A stretch of DNA of 64,000 nt from Stylophora pistillata (lineage: Eukaryota). Within the stretch, counting starts at the first letter, position 1. Each line of letters starts with the position of its first letter. This document shows positions 11,801-26,800 of this stretch, piece after piece. The notes under the pieces were generated by a model. It was not told where the DNA came from. It saw only the letters and a list, made by a program, of their open reading frames with translations, and did not search any database. The stretch covers positions 55,071-119,070 of the forward strand of contig NW_019217852.1 in assembly GCF_002571385.2 (NCBI RefSeq), read 5' to 3'. The translations under genes were made by a program, and so were the position numbers.

Positions 11801-14800
11801 TGATCGTGATTTTCTGCCTACGTCAGATGCAGGAGAGGAAAAATGTATCGAACGCAACCTGCCTCCTTTACATAGTGTTCATCGACTTCCGGAAAGCCTT
11901 TGACAATGTGTCCCGCCAAGGCTCGTGGTCTGTTCGCAAGAAATATGCCTGTCCCAATAACATATCAACATATGCAACACCAGCACTAAAGACTTTCAAT
12001 TCACCAATGGCGTGAAACAAGGTTGTGATGACGCCCACCCTGTTCTTGTTTTATCAGACAGCTTTGCTGGAAGTGGCCGTCAAAGACACCAGAGAAGGAG
12101 TTTACATTCGAACCAGGAAGCTTGAAATCTAAATACCATGATTAGCCTGAAAGCCGTCAGAGATTTGTTGCTCGATGACGAAAGCGCTCTTTAATCACAC
12201 AACCCTTTGCATATAAAAATTGTCGTTCACAAACTCGCCAAAGCTGCATCATAGTTTAGCCCAAAGAACAGAGCTGTTTATACCAACCGCATGAATTCTT
12301 GACTGATGCTATGCCGACAGCGATTAAGGTCAAAAACTAACCGTTCACAATGTATAAGATATAAGCATTTTATCTATCGTTACAGTAAAGTCTCAGAGAG
12401 GCCAAGACTCGATTAGGGAATCACTATGGGAATGGGTAAGGCTAGTGTTGCGAATGGGAAACTTCAGGAAAGAATAAGGAGAAATTGGGGGAAATGTCAT
12501 CACCAGAAGTAAATGTAAGCTGTTATGCTTACCACGTACATTCCTCGATGGTACCGAAACTTGGACCATTTACCTGCCACAAGTGAAGATCCTAAATGTA
12601 TCATGAGCAAACTAAGTGGGATAATGACTATCTCTTGGACAGACAAAATCACAAACAAAAATATTTTAAAGAGTGCAGGTCTCCTATCTATGGCTGAAAT
12701 ATTAACCCAGATGAACTGAGATGAGTCGGCGACGTAAGGAGGAGGGAATTTTGCGAAATTACCTAGGCAGTTGCTGTACTCCCAACTTCGAGAAGGCAAG
12801 AGAAACCAGGCAAGGCCTAGGTTTCGATTCAAGGACACCGCGCAAGAAACCCGAAGCAGAAGAACATTGCAGAAGGTACATGGAAGCAGGGAACAAAAGA
12901 CAGAGAAGCCTGGAGGAACCTGATTAGAGCCTGAGCTGACATAAAACATTCCTTTTCAAGTCCCCAGAGTAGCAGTAGTAATATAATTTACTGTTTCCAA
13001 AGTAGTTTATATCACCCATCTTTCCCGCTAGGGTAACCTATCAAAACATAGGATTTACTTTATTATGAACACGGTCGCAACTGGTTATTTAACGAGCCTG
13101 ACTATGGGTTTCCCTTGCTCCACAGGCGACCCGGCTTCAGGGATAATATGCAGGCTGGGAAATGAAACATTTCCATGTAGTTGAGGTCTTAATCACATAC
13201 CACTATATGTAATAGAGTAGGTGAAATTGATCCAGTATAGAAATTCTGTCTTTCAAAGGAAAGAGTCAGCCGGGCGTTGGAAAACGAAAGCTTTCAAAAG
13301 GATGATCTCAGATTATCTGGCACTTTAAAGCTTTTGTTTATCGTTTAACGTAAACAGGGACGTATCAAACAATCAGTTAAAGAACTTCTCCTCAGGAGTC
13401 TTTGATCCGCTTTGCCACTTATTAACTCTGTAAGTAACCGCCATCATGTCTATTGGTCTTTCAGTGGACGTCCCATAAATTTTGGTTTTTCTTGTTACTT
13501 AACATGATTATTTTATTCTCTGTATTAATTAATGTATTTTTTGTCATCTTGGTCGTTATTTGAAATGCAACACTGACACATTCCCATTACTTAGTTTTCA
13601 TTATTCACTAACTTGTTGATTAGTAATCTTTTTGGACATAATTTTGCCTCAAATGAAAATCGGTGAACTGATAATATCAATAAATGTGGATTTTACTGTT
13701 GGTGTGACTTCCCCCGATGTTACCATCTTTTACATAAATTTCACGTGTGGATGTTTCCGCTTTTGCAGTGATCTGTCTTACAACCTACTAGAGCAATTAC
13801 CTTCAGCAGTTTTCTTTCGTAATGATTATCTTGAAGAGCTGTAAGTAGAACTTCTATGTATTGTATACAAGTAAGTTATTTGATGGCAGCAGCACTCAAG
13901 TTCAGGAATTTTATAACTTTTCAATTCCCTATCAGAACTCGGTACAACACATGTTCAAACTTTAATACACCCACATGTGAAATAACCTTTTGTTCATATG
14001 TGTTAAAAGGACATTTTTTCCAATTTTTTAGTGTGGTCCCGCTCTCTGGATGATTTCTTTTTTTTTAGCAAAGTGCTAAGCATCCCCCAAAAGGTTTTCC
14101 GTTATGGGATATAATTGAGATCATATTGTAGGATTGCCTAATGAATTATACAAAAGGTTTCTTCAAATTGGAAGGAATGTTATCAGTGATATCTTCAATT
14201 CAATGACTATCGCAAATATTATTACAAGCTCATACCCACAGAAACAAAATCACTACCTTCAGTGCCTACAATTTTTGCATGTGGCAGTCAGCAAAGTGAA
14301 CGCTCTTATCATGATTGCCTTCTTCTTCCAATTCAGTAACACCTAAAAAATAGACTCGACAACGTTGCCCGTAACAGGTTTTGTTTTTGATGACCTTGCA
14401 GATTCTTGAACAACAACAAGTTAACTAATTTCTCTTCTGGTCAACTTCCTCTCTTTCGGGTTTCATGGTTGAGCAAATTTCAAAACTTGTAAGTATGGCG
14501 CGTTCAAAACTTAACTTTTGCACAGTAAACTGATATCAACTTCAAACTATGCAGCATCTATTTGGTAGCCTTGGAAAAGTGCATCTTGCTAAGTGGGCCT
14601 CACCTGAGAATTACCCCACCAAAATTACTTAAAATGCATCATGAGCGTGCACTGATACCAAAAAAACCCTATCAACTTAACCTCCTAAAGAGTTTTTAAT
14701 CAAAGGAAACTAATACTCTTGAAAAATATATGAATTGGTGCCCTTTTATAACATCTAAACGTGAGAATTAATCTAGGCAGCCTTTTGAAGTTTAAACTTG

Positions 14801-17800
14801 ATGTGATCTCAAAAAGTAATCCCGGGTAATTTGTATGTTCACCAACAACTTAAAAATGCGCTATACGCTGTGTTCTGCGCTTAACTGTTAAGAATAAGGT
14901 TGACAAAAATGACAGGACATGTTTTAAGCGAAAATAAACCTCAGGGTTGGGTTTACTAACGCGGCTGTTTTGTTTAGCAAAATTTAATCTCGGAGAAAAT
15001 TTCAAATAGGGTGAAAAACTGCAGACAATCTGCAAAATTAATAATTTATTTTCTAACACAGAACCCTGGACTTCAACAAATTGGAGACACTGCCACCGGA
15101 TGTGTTCATAGCCCATAAGTTATTTGATCTGTGAGTAAATATTTCTCTGAAGCTCACCATAAAGGCTCTGAATAAATGGGTCACATCAATGACCCCCCTT
15201 TATCTGAGCTAGGTTTCACTGTTCCCAGTCGACCAAGTATCCACTAAATCATTCGGAAGTGTTTTCTTTCCGGTTACTTCCTCTATAACTTCATAGATCC
15301 TTTCTAACTCAAACCCTTTTCGATTTTGTCAATCATGAGTAACACCGCAAATAACATATAAACATTTGAAAAATGTAACTGCTGAAAAGAATCAGTGAAA
15401 AATCATTAAAAAAAAAGTAATGGATGATTTCTGGGTATGGGTGTCCACTCCCTTCCCCTAATTTACCAGTGGTTTGAGCATCGCTTCCTTTCATCTCGAT
15501 TTTCATCTGTCAGCATTTACTGGATTATAATTAAATTGATACCAAATCATAACAAGATAAAGTACGGCATCCTTATAGAACGACTGGGCTGATCAAATAT
15601 CCAGATGGTAGATTTCTCGGGCTTCCCAGACTCTAGAAAACCAATTAATAAATGCATTTATGCATCAAAATCTAATGATTTATTTTGAAAATCAAGAAAC
15701 CCTCATGCCGTCGATGAGTGCATTTAAATTCTAGACCTTTCGTAAGCTCGATTACCAGCCGCTGTTCGGGAACGGGAGCCCGCGCTCCTCCCCGAAGCGA
15801 CGGCTGGACGTTGTTTTGTTGTTCATAGCCAATCAGAATTTCGCCTGCAGATTTTTGTAAGGCCGCATAAATTATCTTGTCAGACAAAATTTTCAAAGTG
15901 GTGGACGATGACAAAATGACGAATGTGACATGCGATCGACAGTTTGACAGATTTACAACCAGAAGCTCTAGAGAAACTGGTTAGCGGCCAGCATGTCTTC
16001 GAGATTCCAACCAACGGTTAGACAGTTTTTCAGCCCGCTCCGATTGTTTTTGACGCGGTGATATCATATGAGACCTTTGTTAAATACGAAGTCAATCGCT
16101 CCTGTCATTTCTCCTATGGGTTCACTTTTGGAAGATCAAGTTCGATTTCTTAAATCTGTGGGAAGTACAGTAAAGTTTATTTGAGACGAACAAACGAGTT
16201 AAGAGACCATTTAACTCATAGAAAGTGGAGAGCGCCAAATCGTGTGCAGTTCACCCAAGGCGTTTCTGTCAACTAAACGATAGCGGTACATGCCTCTCCA
16301 AAGAGAAGTTATGTCTGATTGCAATTGACGAGGCTGACTGCATTTCTCATTGGTGAGCGGAGCTATATTCGAAGCGCGTTTCGTATATTATTCAAGGATT
16401 AGTAGTCCTTTTAATAGCACTTAAACCTAAATAGCACAAGGCTTTCATGCACGATGGAACATTTCGAGCCATGGGTGAGAGAAATGAAAATTAAACAGGA
16501 TAAGATGCCTGTGTAGTGTTTATTGTTGCTTTTAAAACTTAGATTTAATAAAGAACGAAGGGGTTCAAACTTTGAGTAAAATCACACCAAGTTATGGAAA
16601 TCAGTCTGCACTTAAAGCCTTGACAAATAAGGCTTTTCAGTAATTTTTTGTCACAACAACTTTAAGCCTGATTTGTGATTATTTCAAATACAAGCAAGCA
16701 GTTTACTAAACTACAGAAAGTGGAGAGAAACCACTCTATTGGAGACCCTTTGAAAGAATCCCATAATATTTCTCGGTGTAGTTTTATTTTCAACTTGAAA
16801 GTGCAGTTCTAAATTAGTTGGAAATGATAGTCTTTTCGCGGCCTTAACTCTTCCTTGATCTGCTGCGTGACGAAGAGATATGACAGCGCGGCAACACTTG
16901 GTGAAATTGCGGAATCGGAGGGCACGTCCGCGCTTCGTTCTATTCACTCACATCCAGTTCTCGAGTTAAATTTAATCCGCGTATCAGCGGTTATATGTAC
17001 GCCATCCATTCGAATTGGAGTCCTCTTTCATTTCCGGTGACACCTGAGAGCGCATAGATTAATTTTTTCAAATTAAGTCACAGACATGGTTGGCCGCTCA
17101 TGCGTCCAGCCGTCTCTTCTCGGAGAGGAACGAAAAAGACCGGACCCGAGAGAGCGGCGGAAATCGAGCCTAGACCTTTCGTTGTTCACTGAAATAGCAA
17201 TTAGGAAAGAGCCAGATGATTTAGAATCCCGCTCTCTATCTTAATTCCCTTCATTTTATACAATTGATGAAATTCTTTTGACACGTTTTATTGGACAGCT
17301 GGATGGGAAACAACAACTTAAAGACATTACCTGAAGATCTGTTTGCCGGGCAAAATCTGTTAAAATATCTGTGAGTAATAACTTTCTTTCAAAAATTTTC
17401 ACTCGAAAGTCAGTTGTCCTGCTCTCTTTGGCTGCTGACGAGGGCACATAAGAGAGGCAGAAGAACTTCCTAAATACAGTTGATCCTAGTCACAAAATAC
17501 CGTCATTTGGTCAAAAGTCTCTGGGTTACATTGAGCAATAATTTTTTGAAGAACGTACTTCTTTGAACCGCTGGCTCAAGTATCAGTTTCGGATCAAATG
17601 GAATATGAGAAGGGATTACAAAGGGGTCCTGTTGTTGTGATTGTCCTGTTGTTGGTCATGTTTGTAACTTTTCAGGCTTTACACTGTGCAACTCCTTTAA
17701 ATGTATCTACTTATAATGATCACTTTGAGGCTTGGTTCTCATTGTTTTTCGCGTTTGGCCAGCGTTGTATCTGTTGAGCAAAAAGGCATGTTGAATGTTT

Positions 17801-20800
17801 CTTTATTTAAACCCTTTTCTCGTTTTCAAAATTTATGCAGACGTTTGGTTGGCAACCGTCTAGAAACACTACCTCGCAACATATTTCATGGATTGACCGT
17901 TTTGGAGGAACTGTAACTATGTTTTCGTAAATCACTTGTACAAATCGTCAGTTTAGGAGTGAAATAAACGTTCTTGTAATGTGCCGTGTAATTGCTCCTT
18001 ATTCTCATCTGATTTATCCTCCCCGCCAGGTGGGGGTAAATTATTTTACAGATCTCCTTAGAAAGAGCTGCATGAGAGTAGGCGTATTCTACCGGCAATC
18101 GAACTTTGCTCAATTTCAATCCTGTGTGTTCAATTTCTTTTTTTTTTTTTTATGCTGTTTTGTAATGAACATATTTTCCAGTAGTTATACAATCTCTTAT
18201 TGTCAGGGACTTGTCCTACAACCAGTTGCAGAGGTTGCCAAGAGGTGTTCTCAGCACAAATACTGAGCTAAAAAAATTGTAAGTGGAGCTCTTTTTAATA
18301 ACAAACGGTTATAATGTTAATCTAAATAGTGTTTAAGATTGTATCCCATTTTCCACCTTTTTCTGCCTTCACTTTTCAGATTGCACTTCAAGTTTTCTTT
18401 TTTCATTTAGAATATTCAAGGAGCTCTGTGATTACTAATTCACAAAAATGGACTCGATTATTTTTTGGAATCAACTTGGTCATGAAGTCCAATTGCTTCT
18501 GCATTAGTGTTTATTCGTTGCAACAGTTGATGATTTCTCAGGACATATTTTAGAGGCGCAACACATGTTGATAAATCACGCTCCCTTGCTTCCAATTGAA
18601 CAGATGACCTAATCCTGACTAAGCAACTACTGAAAGGGTGAGGGAGAGAAGGGCGGAAGAATGTTTTTCTTTTTCTCAAGAAGAAGTGACGAATTATCTC
18701 TCACAGCTAGCTTTATTCCAATTACTGTTTCAAGGGATTTGTCATACAACGGTATTGAGCGTTTGCCCCTGGATGTTTTCGGCAACCTCACTAAGTTGAA
18801 AAAGGTGTAAGTGGCTTGCGGTTTAAATGTAATAATAAAGCTAGTTCTAGCGTTAATTTTTTCTCAACGTAGTGTCTCTGGTTTTAGTCGGTCTTACAAA
18901 AATGTTTCACCTTGCAATTTGGCTAACAACTAGAGCATTTAAGCTGTTTGGCTCTATAGCAATATTTCACAACATTGACCTGTTTCACCTTGCAATTTGG
19001 CTAACAACTACAGCATTTAAGCTGTTTGGCTCTATAGCAATATTTCACGACATGTACCTGTTCATGATGTTGTTCCTGCAACACTTTACAGAGGGTGTAA
19101 AAATGGCACTTTTTTCCTAATTCTTAGGAATCAGGTGAAAAAATTTTATATACTTTGGTTAAATGTGTCAGGTTAAGACAGTCCTATCATTTTGCCTCGC
19201 AATATTTAAAATACTCGGAATTGTTTTCAAAACAACGAGGGCATCATCCAGAAAGGAGAAGAAACTTTTTAGGAATCTGTAAAGCTAACATATTTGTTCT
19301 AAGTTTTCACTTTTTATTTTCCTTGCAGCTTTCTTTCCAACAACAAAATTCAGCGTTTGCCACATTTCAAAAATCTCTCCGACATTGAGACATTGTACGT
19401 AATTCATGTTTGTAATGAAATCTGAGTAAATATAGGGGCCTCGTATATGAAAAAAAATATAACTTTTAAAAGTTCCAAAATATATTTCAATCCGGATGCA
19501 AAGAAGGATAAATATTCAGCTACTGAGAGGTTCCGATCGATTTGGTAGAACAAGTTTTAAAGTCTGATGATGCTTTCACGATCTTAAACTGACATTACTT
19601 ATGACCCTGGGCAATGACTGCAACATTACTGGCATGGCTTGAATGATCCTGTATCCCATTATTTCATTTATTATGTAGATACATGGACAATAACAGGCTC
19701 AAAGCTCTTTCCCCTGATCAGTTCCATGGCCTTTCCAAACTGAAAGACCTGTAAGTAAACGTTCTCATCTTATTGGTATGATTAACACTTTGGTTTTATG
19801 TCAAGTCTTCTGATAGATCGACAGAAACATGATCATCAGTCTAATAAGAGATTCTTGCATTTGACCATGGGATGTTCTGATTAAAAAGCTCAAATCTCGA
19901 CACCGAAAATTAAAAACCTGGGCTTCTAATAGTTTAATTATTCTCCATTATCTTTTGGATGTGTTAAGGTCAGCAGTCTCTAAAATCGCTATTATATTTG
20001 ATTAGATATCCGGAATCAATAAAAACTATTGGAGGGCTTGCAACATGAGAGTTTTTTTTTTGTAATCTTTTCATTCAATTGAGATGATTGTGTGTCTTTG
20101 AAGACTTGTTACTACCGGGTTCTCTATTCTTGGGTTTCATGTGACGTCACAAGCTTTGCTGAAGTTAGTGTCCGCAATGTTGGTGTCCCTCGGGTGTCAA
20201 ATTTATGAATAATTAGTCGATTTCTATAGTGAAGCCCTCTCTCTTATCGCCGTATCATTTCGCTAACTACATGAATATCCAGAAAGAAAAAAGCGATAAA
20301 AGTATCTGGCAATCATCTTAAGATATCCCAGTGCTCTCTGAGTATGCCGAAAGCTTAGAGAGGTGGAAGGAAAGATGTTTGCAAAAGATCTCGATCATCG
20401 GGGTTGACCCTGCAAGCATACCAGCCGAGAAGTTCAGTCCAAAATGCTTGCCTCCTGTGGAAGTGTCGGACTTGCTGAGTTACCTCGTTCTTGAGACCAG
20501 CTTCTACACCAAGAAGCAGTTCAAGGCGTTCAAGAGTCTAGAGGCGTTTAATCAAATGGTGTCGGGATTTGTAACCTCAGTTGTAGGCAAAGTAATCGCC
20601 GGCAAGTATGTCGTGAGAGCACGAGTTTGGCATTCACAGCATATGAATGATCCTTTTGTCTGAGTTTTCGGGGTGTGAGTTTTCGTGACACCCCAAGCTT
20701 ACTTGCACTCAGGTAAAATGCTCATGGATTTTGCCGACATAGGTCAATGAAGTGCCGTATGCGAGGGCTAAAGACATCGATTTCTCATCGGCTAAGAAGC

Positions 20801-23800
20801 TCAAAGAAAAGCTCGACCAAAAAATCGAGGATCTACAACAGCCGCAAGCCTCGAACAATACAACAACTTCTAGTTCCTCCTGTTCTTCCCCTTGATTTGT
20901 GATGATCTTAGGTATAGCGCATTAGATCATATATATAATGAATTTTGCGCTATAGAAATAATAAAATTATTAAATTATTATACGAAAAAATCCTTAGTCT
21001 TTATGCTTTCCACTTTTGCTCGAACAGCTAACAACAATGCATAAAACCATCCCTTCTTTCTCACATGAACTCTTCGTTAGATACGGTTTGTTTACGCTCG
21101 AGGGACACCAAGATGGCGGATAGTAACCGTTGCTAAGGTATTGGTCACGTGGGTGAAATCCAGGAATTCGTCACTTTTTACCACGTGACCTCCGTGACTC
21201 TGAATGTTCTGTGTAATGACAGTCGTTTGATCGTTTTGTTATCGATTCGTTTATTGTTAAATGCATAAAATTGCACTGCATATTCAATCGAAGTAACAAG
21301 GTCTGCAGTGGTAAACTTGGGGGATTTTTGGTTCTTACAGGGCTGTTTATGACAACAACATTGAACATCTGCCACGTGAAGTTTTTAAAGACACCAAAAA
21401 CATGTCGTTCATGTAAGTACATGTTCAAATTTTTATTCCTGATTTTCTGTAGTTAGTTATTCGAAAAATAATAAGTATCACGAAGGAAAGTATTGCCGGA
21501 AATTGGCTTTCCGAATAAGCGGTACTGGACTCAATTCTTTCCAGAGAAAACCTTGATCTTCGTTGATTTAAAATGTACTAATAGCTCCAAAGGCGCTTGT
21601 GCTACGCTCTGAAGGCTATGGCACCTGCTGCATTTCTCCTCTCTGTAATATATTCATAAGTCATCATACCCATGATGCTTGGTGAATAAAGGAGAGAGAA
21701 CACACCTCGTAGTTGTTGTGCTTTTCTTAGTGTAATTATCCTAAAATACAACATTTCCGGCAACAAGGATGGCTGCTAGTGCACCTTTTGGTAAAGTCGG
21801 GGAGTTTAGTCCTGAGAAAGAGACGTTCAGCGCCTATGTTTAAAGAGTTGAGATGTCTTCCACTGCAAACGGTATCGTCGAAGGAGCGGGCGAACGACAA
21901 GAGGCGGCCAACGAACTGATCGAAGAAAGACAAAGGGCAATTTTTCTCACAGAAGTTGGGCCAGAAGTTTATTCTACACTAAGCAACCTTGTGGCGCCCA
22001 TGAAACCGAAGGAAATTCCACTGACCAAAATAATCGAATGTCTGGAAAAACACTACAATCCGCGTCCACTCGAGATTGCCGAAAGTTTACACTTTGGCAC
22101 ACGTAATCAAAAGCAAGGTGAATCCGTGAATGACTTCACTGTTACATTAAAGAAATTGTCTATACACTGCAATTATAGACTGTTTCTGGACAGAGCTCTG
22201 AGAGATCGATTTGTTTGTGGTCTCAACAATGTCAAGGTACAAAACAAGCTGCTGAATACCGAAGACCTTACGTTTGATCGAGCATGTCGGATTGCAAAGT
22301 CCATGGAGATGGCTGAGAAGAGTTCACAAGACTTTCACCCTGCTGCTGCCGTAGGAGAAAGTGAAAGAGGAACTGTTAACCAACTTAAAACTGAGAAAAT
22401 GAGCGCAAAGGAAAACTCGTCCAACAAATCATGTTTTAGATGTGGAAGAAAACACAACTATAATAGTTGTAAGTTTAAAAATGCTAAATGTTTTAAGTGT
22501 TCAAAAATAGGGCATATCGCCACAGTATGTCGTGCTAAAAGTGAAGAAAACAAAGCCAACTCGTTTTCGGCTAAGGGTAGCATTCAAAACATGCAAAGTA
22601 ATGATGAATATGATGAACTGGGTATATTTTCTGTCGAAACCACTGTGTCGAAGAATGATAAGTACAAAGTTAACATGTCACTCAATGGTTGTATGTGCGA
22701 GATGGAAGTGGATACTGCAGCAGATCGCTCAATTTTGAGTAAGAGCACTTACTAAAATTCAGTAACTTCACCCTTGCACCTTCAAACGCTATACTTAAGA
22801 CCTACACGGGGGAGCTGGTAAATGTGTGTGGAGAAATGAGATGTGATGTGGTATATAAGGGCCAAACTTACTCGTTACCCTAGTTAGTTGCAGATTACAC
22901 AGGGAAACCAACTTTGCTTGGGAGGGATTAACTTAGTTGTGTTAAGTTCGATTGGGAAAACATCTTTCAGATTAAAAGCCCAGAACCTCATGGAAACACA
23001 AGTCAGCTTGACAACTTTATTTCAAAGCACAATTTTCTCTTTGAGGATAGTTATGAAGGTCTTCAGTGGTTGGAAGCCCATATAACTATTAGAAAAGGGC
23101 CAAAACCTGTTTTCTTTAAACCCAGAAAAATGCCATATGCCTTAAAAAGATGCAGCTGAGCGTGAGCTAGATAAGCTGGAGGAGAATGGTGTCATAAAGA
23201 AGGTTGAGAGGTCTGTGTGGGCAAGCCCAATAGTAGTAGAACCCAAAGCTGACAAATCAGTCAGAATATGCGGTGATTATAAGGTCACTATAAACCATTC
23301 AGTGGAGGATGAACCATACCCTCTTCCAACTACACAAGACTTGTACAATGCTCTTAGTGGCTCCAAAGATTTTAGCAAACTTGATTTGTCGCACGCTTAC
23401 GCTCAACCTAGTGTTGACAAAGAAAGCCAAGAATACCTTACCATAAATACACATAAGGGGCTGTATTCTTACACCAAGCTTCCTTATGGGGTTAGATCCT
23501 CCCCAAAACTCTTCCAGGCAAAAATGGACCTTATATTACAGGGTGTAGAAAGGTGTGTTTGCAAGCAAGATGATATTCTCATAGGTGGTGGGGACTCTCA
23601 GGAAAATCTGAGAATCCTTTCAGAGGTATTAGAACGCTTGCACAAATATAATGTACACTTGAAGCTATCCAAATGCGAATTTCTGAAAACAGATGTAGTT
23701 TACCTTGGCCTACGAATAAGTGAAGCTGGACTACAGCCGGTTGAAGAAAAACTTGAATCAGTTAGAAAAGCACCAGTACCACGTGATGTCAGTAAGTTAT

Positions 23801-26800
23801 GGTCATTCCTGGGAATGATCCAATATTACCATTCCTTTCATCCAAACCTAGCGAGTTCTCTAGCATCCCTTCATGATCTTTTAAGGAAGGGAAAGGCATG
23901 GGTTTGGACTACTGAGTGCCAAAACGCCTATGATGGCTGTAAAGAAGGCCTTACGAGTGACTCTCTGCTAGTTCACTATGACGTCACTAGAGAGCTTAGG
24001 CTGGCCTGTGATGCCTCCAGTTATGGGCTTGGAGCTGTCATAAGTCATGAGATGGATGACGGCAGGGAAAGGCCCGTTGCTTATGCCTCAAGAAATTTAA
24101 CGTCTAGTGAAAGTAATTACGCCCAAATTGAGCGTGAGGCACTGTCTATCATCTATGGGTTAAGGAAGTTTCATCAATTCTTATATGGGCGGAAGTTTAC
24201 TTTGGTCACCGATCACAAACCTCTGCTGTCAATTCTTGGACCAAAGTCGGCCATTCCCACATTAGCTGCAGCCCGGATGCAGCGGTGGGCCCTAGTTTTG
24301 TCAGCATATGACTATGAGATTGTATTCAAATGATCTGAAGATCATGCCAACTATAATGCATTGTCACGACTGCCACACAAAGGCTCTGATCTAGCTAGTG
24401 AAGCTTCAATTTATCGTGCAAGTGCTGTTGATGATGATTTTCCCATCTTAGCCAAATACATTGCCAGAGAAACCCAACATGATCTAGCAATGAGCAATGT
24501 CCTTCATTTTGTTATGTCTGGATGGCCAGACATATGTGAGGATGAAACACTAAAACCTTATCACAATCGTAGGCTAGAGTTGTCCTGTAAACAAAGCTGT
24601 ATTCTTAGGGGTTCAAGAGGAATCATCCCACCCTCTCTAAGAGTCAAAATGTTGAAGGAGTTGCACTGGGAACACCCTGGGATGTGCGGGATGAAAGCAA
24701 TTGCACGCTCATGTGTGTGGTGGCCCAAAATGGATAAGAAAATAGAGGATGTAGTGAGGTTCTTGTACAGTGTGTCAGAGTACTAGGACTTCTCCACCAT
24801 GTGCACCTTTACTTTCATGGAAATGGACAAGAAAATCATTCCAGAGAATTCATGTCGATTTCTGTCAAAAAGAAGCTGATTACTTTCTATTAGTTGTTGA
24901 TAGCCACTCCAAGTGGATGGAGGTCAAACATATGACCTCAACCACGGCTGATAAAACAATTGATGAGTTACGGTTGATCTTCGCAGAGCATGGTTTACCA
25001 GAAGAGCTAGTCTCTGACAATGGTCCACAATTTGTGTCCCATGAGTTTTCTGAATTTATGCCTAAAAATGGAATAAAACACACTTTGGTCCTTCCCTATT
25101 ATCCACCATCTAATGGGGCAGCTGAGAGGTCTATGAGAGTGTTGAAAGAAGCATTGATAAAGCAAGTATTGGAGGGAACCAAGAGAATATCCATGAAGCA
25201 TAGATTGGTCAATTTTTTGTTTAGGTATCGCACAGCCCCTCACAGCACCACTGGTGTGACCTCAGCAGAACTCATGGTAAAACGTAAATTAAGAACTGGG
25301 CTAAGCTTAGTTAAATCTGATCTAGAACAAGCTGTTCAACACAAGCAAACTAAGCAAGCAGTTTATAAGGATCCTAAAGTTGATGCAGAGAGATTTTTCC
25401 AAGTATATGATAGAGTGCGTGTACGAAACACCAGACCAAAATCTCAGGTTGATAGGTGGGTTCCAGGGACAGTTGTTAAAGTCTGTGGTCCCAGAACATA
25501 TATTGTTAAAACAGGATATCGGAATCGTTATGTGCACACTGATCACATGATAAGGGCTTGTGTCAATGCACCTGATAAGGTTGAGGAAGCTGAAGTTATG
25601 GTTCCCGAGTCATATGAACAGCCTGAGCAAGAGGAAAATCCTGAAAAAACCTCAGAATTGTCACAGATACCAGATAACTCAAATCCAGTTGTGCCAATGG
25701 CACCTATTTGTTTAGGTCATGAGGCCTCCGCCTCTCCATGTGTTTTGAGGAGATCCGAAAGAGTTTAAAAACCTGTTGATAGACTTAACCTTTGAGCATC
25801 TAGGTATTTTCATTTGCTGATTGTTATTGTTGAGTTATGTTGAAAAAGAAACCCCACTTTGCTTTGTGGGGGAAATTAGTGTAATACATTCATACGTCAT
25901 CATACCCATGATGCTTGGTGCATAAAGGAGAGAGAACACACCTTGTAGTTGTTGTGGTTTTCTTAGTGTGATTATCCTAAATTATAACACTCTCCACCTA
26001 AAAAAGTGACTAGATATCTTCTGTATTCCACCGTCTTCCGGACCTCTTTCTTTAGTGGAGCAGTTAGGAGGGGCATTGATATGAAGCCCAAACAAGACAA
26101 AACAAGTCTGCATCCGAGGAGAATCTGTCGACAATTTGTGCTGCTTGATCCTTTACTATTATAATTGCCACAGGGTGAAGATCATTTCCGTTGTGGATCT
26201 TCTTGAGTTCGTGAGACTTTGTGATACAAAACAACCAGCAAACAACCAAAAGTAAAGTAAGAAACATTAACTATCCTCAGAGCAAATCAGAGGACATGAT
26301 TTGCCAGACATTAAACTTTCACTCATGGCCCCGTGTTCAGTTGTGTTCTCTGCTTATTGCTCCCCCACTTTAACAGATGAAAATGGCTTTTCGCAAGAAT
26401 GTCGTCCTCTATTGTCTCCTTCAATACAGCTTCCCCCTGATGCCATAATAACTCCAGTCTGGCAAACTAACATTTCTGATATTTCCTCACTTTGCAGGAG
26501 CTTTTATCTCAACAAAATCCGCACAGTGACCAATGAACAATTCAAAGATGTCGCACCAACCATTCAATTCCTGTGAGTATGCATAAACTGAAACGATTCA
26601 AGGCATTATGAAAATTTTACGGAATGTCAATTTCTAGTTAATACAGGGAGTAGAATGTTAGTACGGCATAAATTTAGGTGTTTTAGTGTCCAAGGTTTTA
26701 GATTATGTTCTGTATTACATGGTCATTTCAGAATTACTTGTATGCGAAAATGTGAGATTATCTTAGCACCAGAGGCTTACATTGACTGCTCTATCGTTTT

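Larger units (their letters stand above)
21644..25989 (+). mobile_element. Full-length but decayed Ty3/Gypsy LTR retrotransposon
   Basis: 110 bp TG...CA LTRs at 21644-21753 and 25880-25989, 5 bp TSD CTCTC, PBS-like and PPT sequences, and gag-PR-RT-RH-IN order. Confidence 0.95.

Noticed and set aside
26064-26267. Minus-strand ORF with a signal-peptide-like start (MFLTLLLVVCWLFCITKS) next to the 3' LTR
   Set aside because: It is only 67 aa with no domain, and it does not extend convincingly across the Gypsy insertion site.
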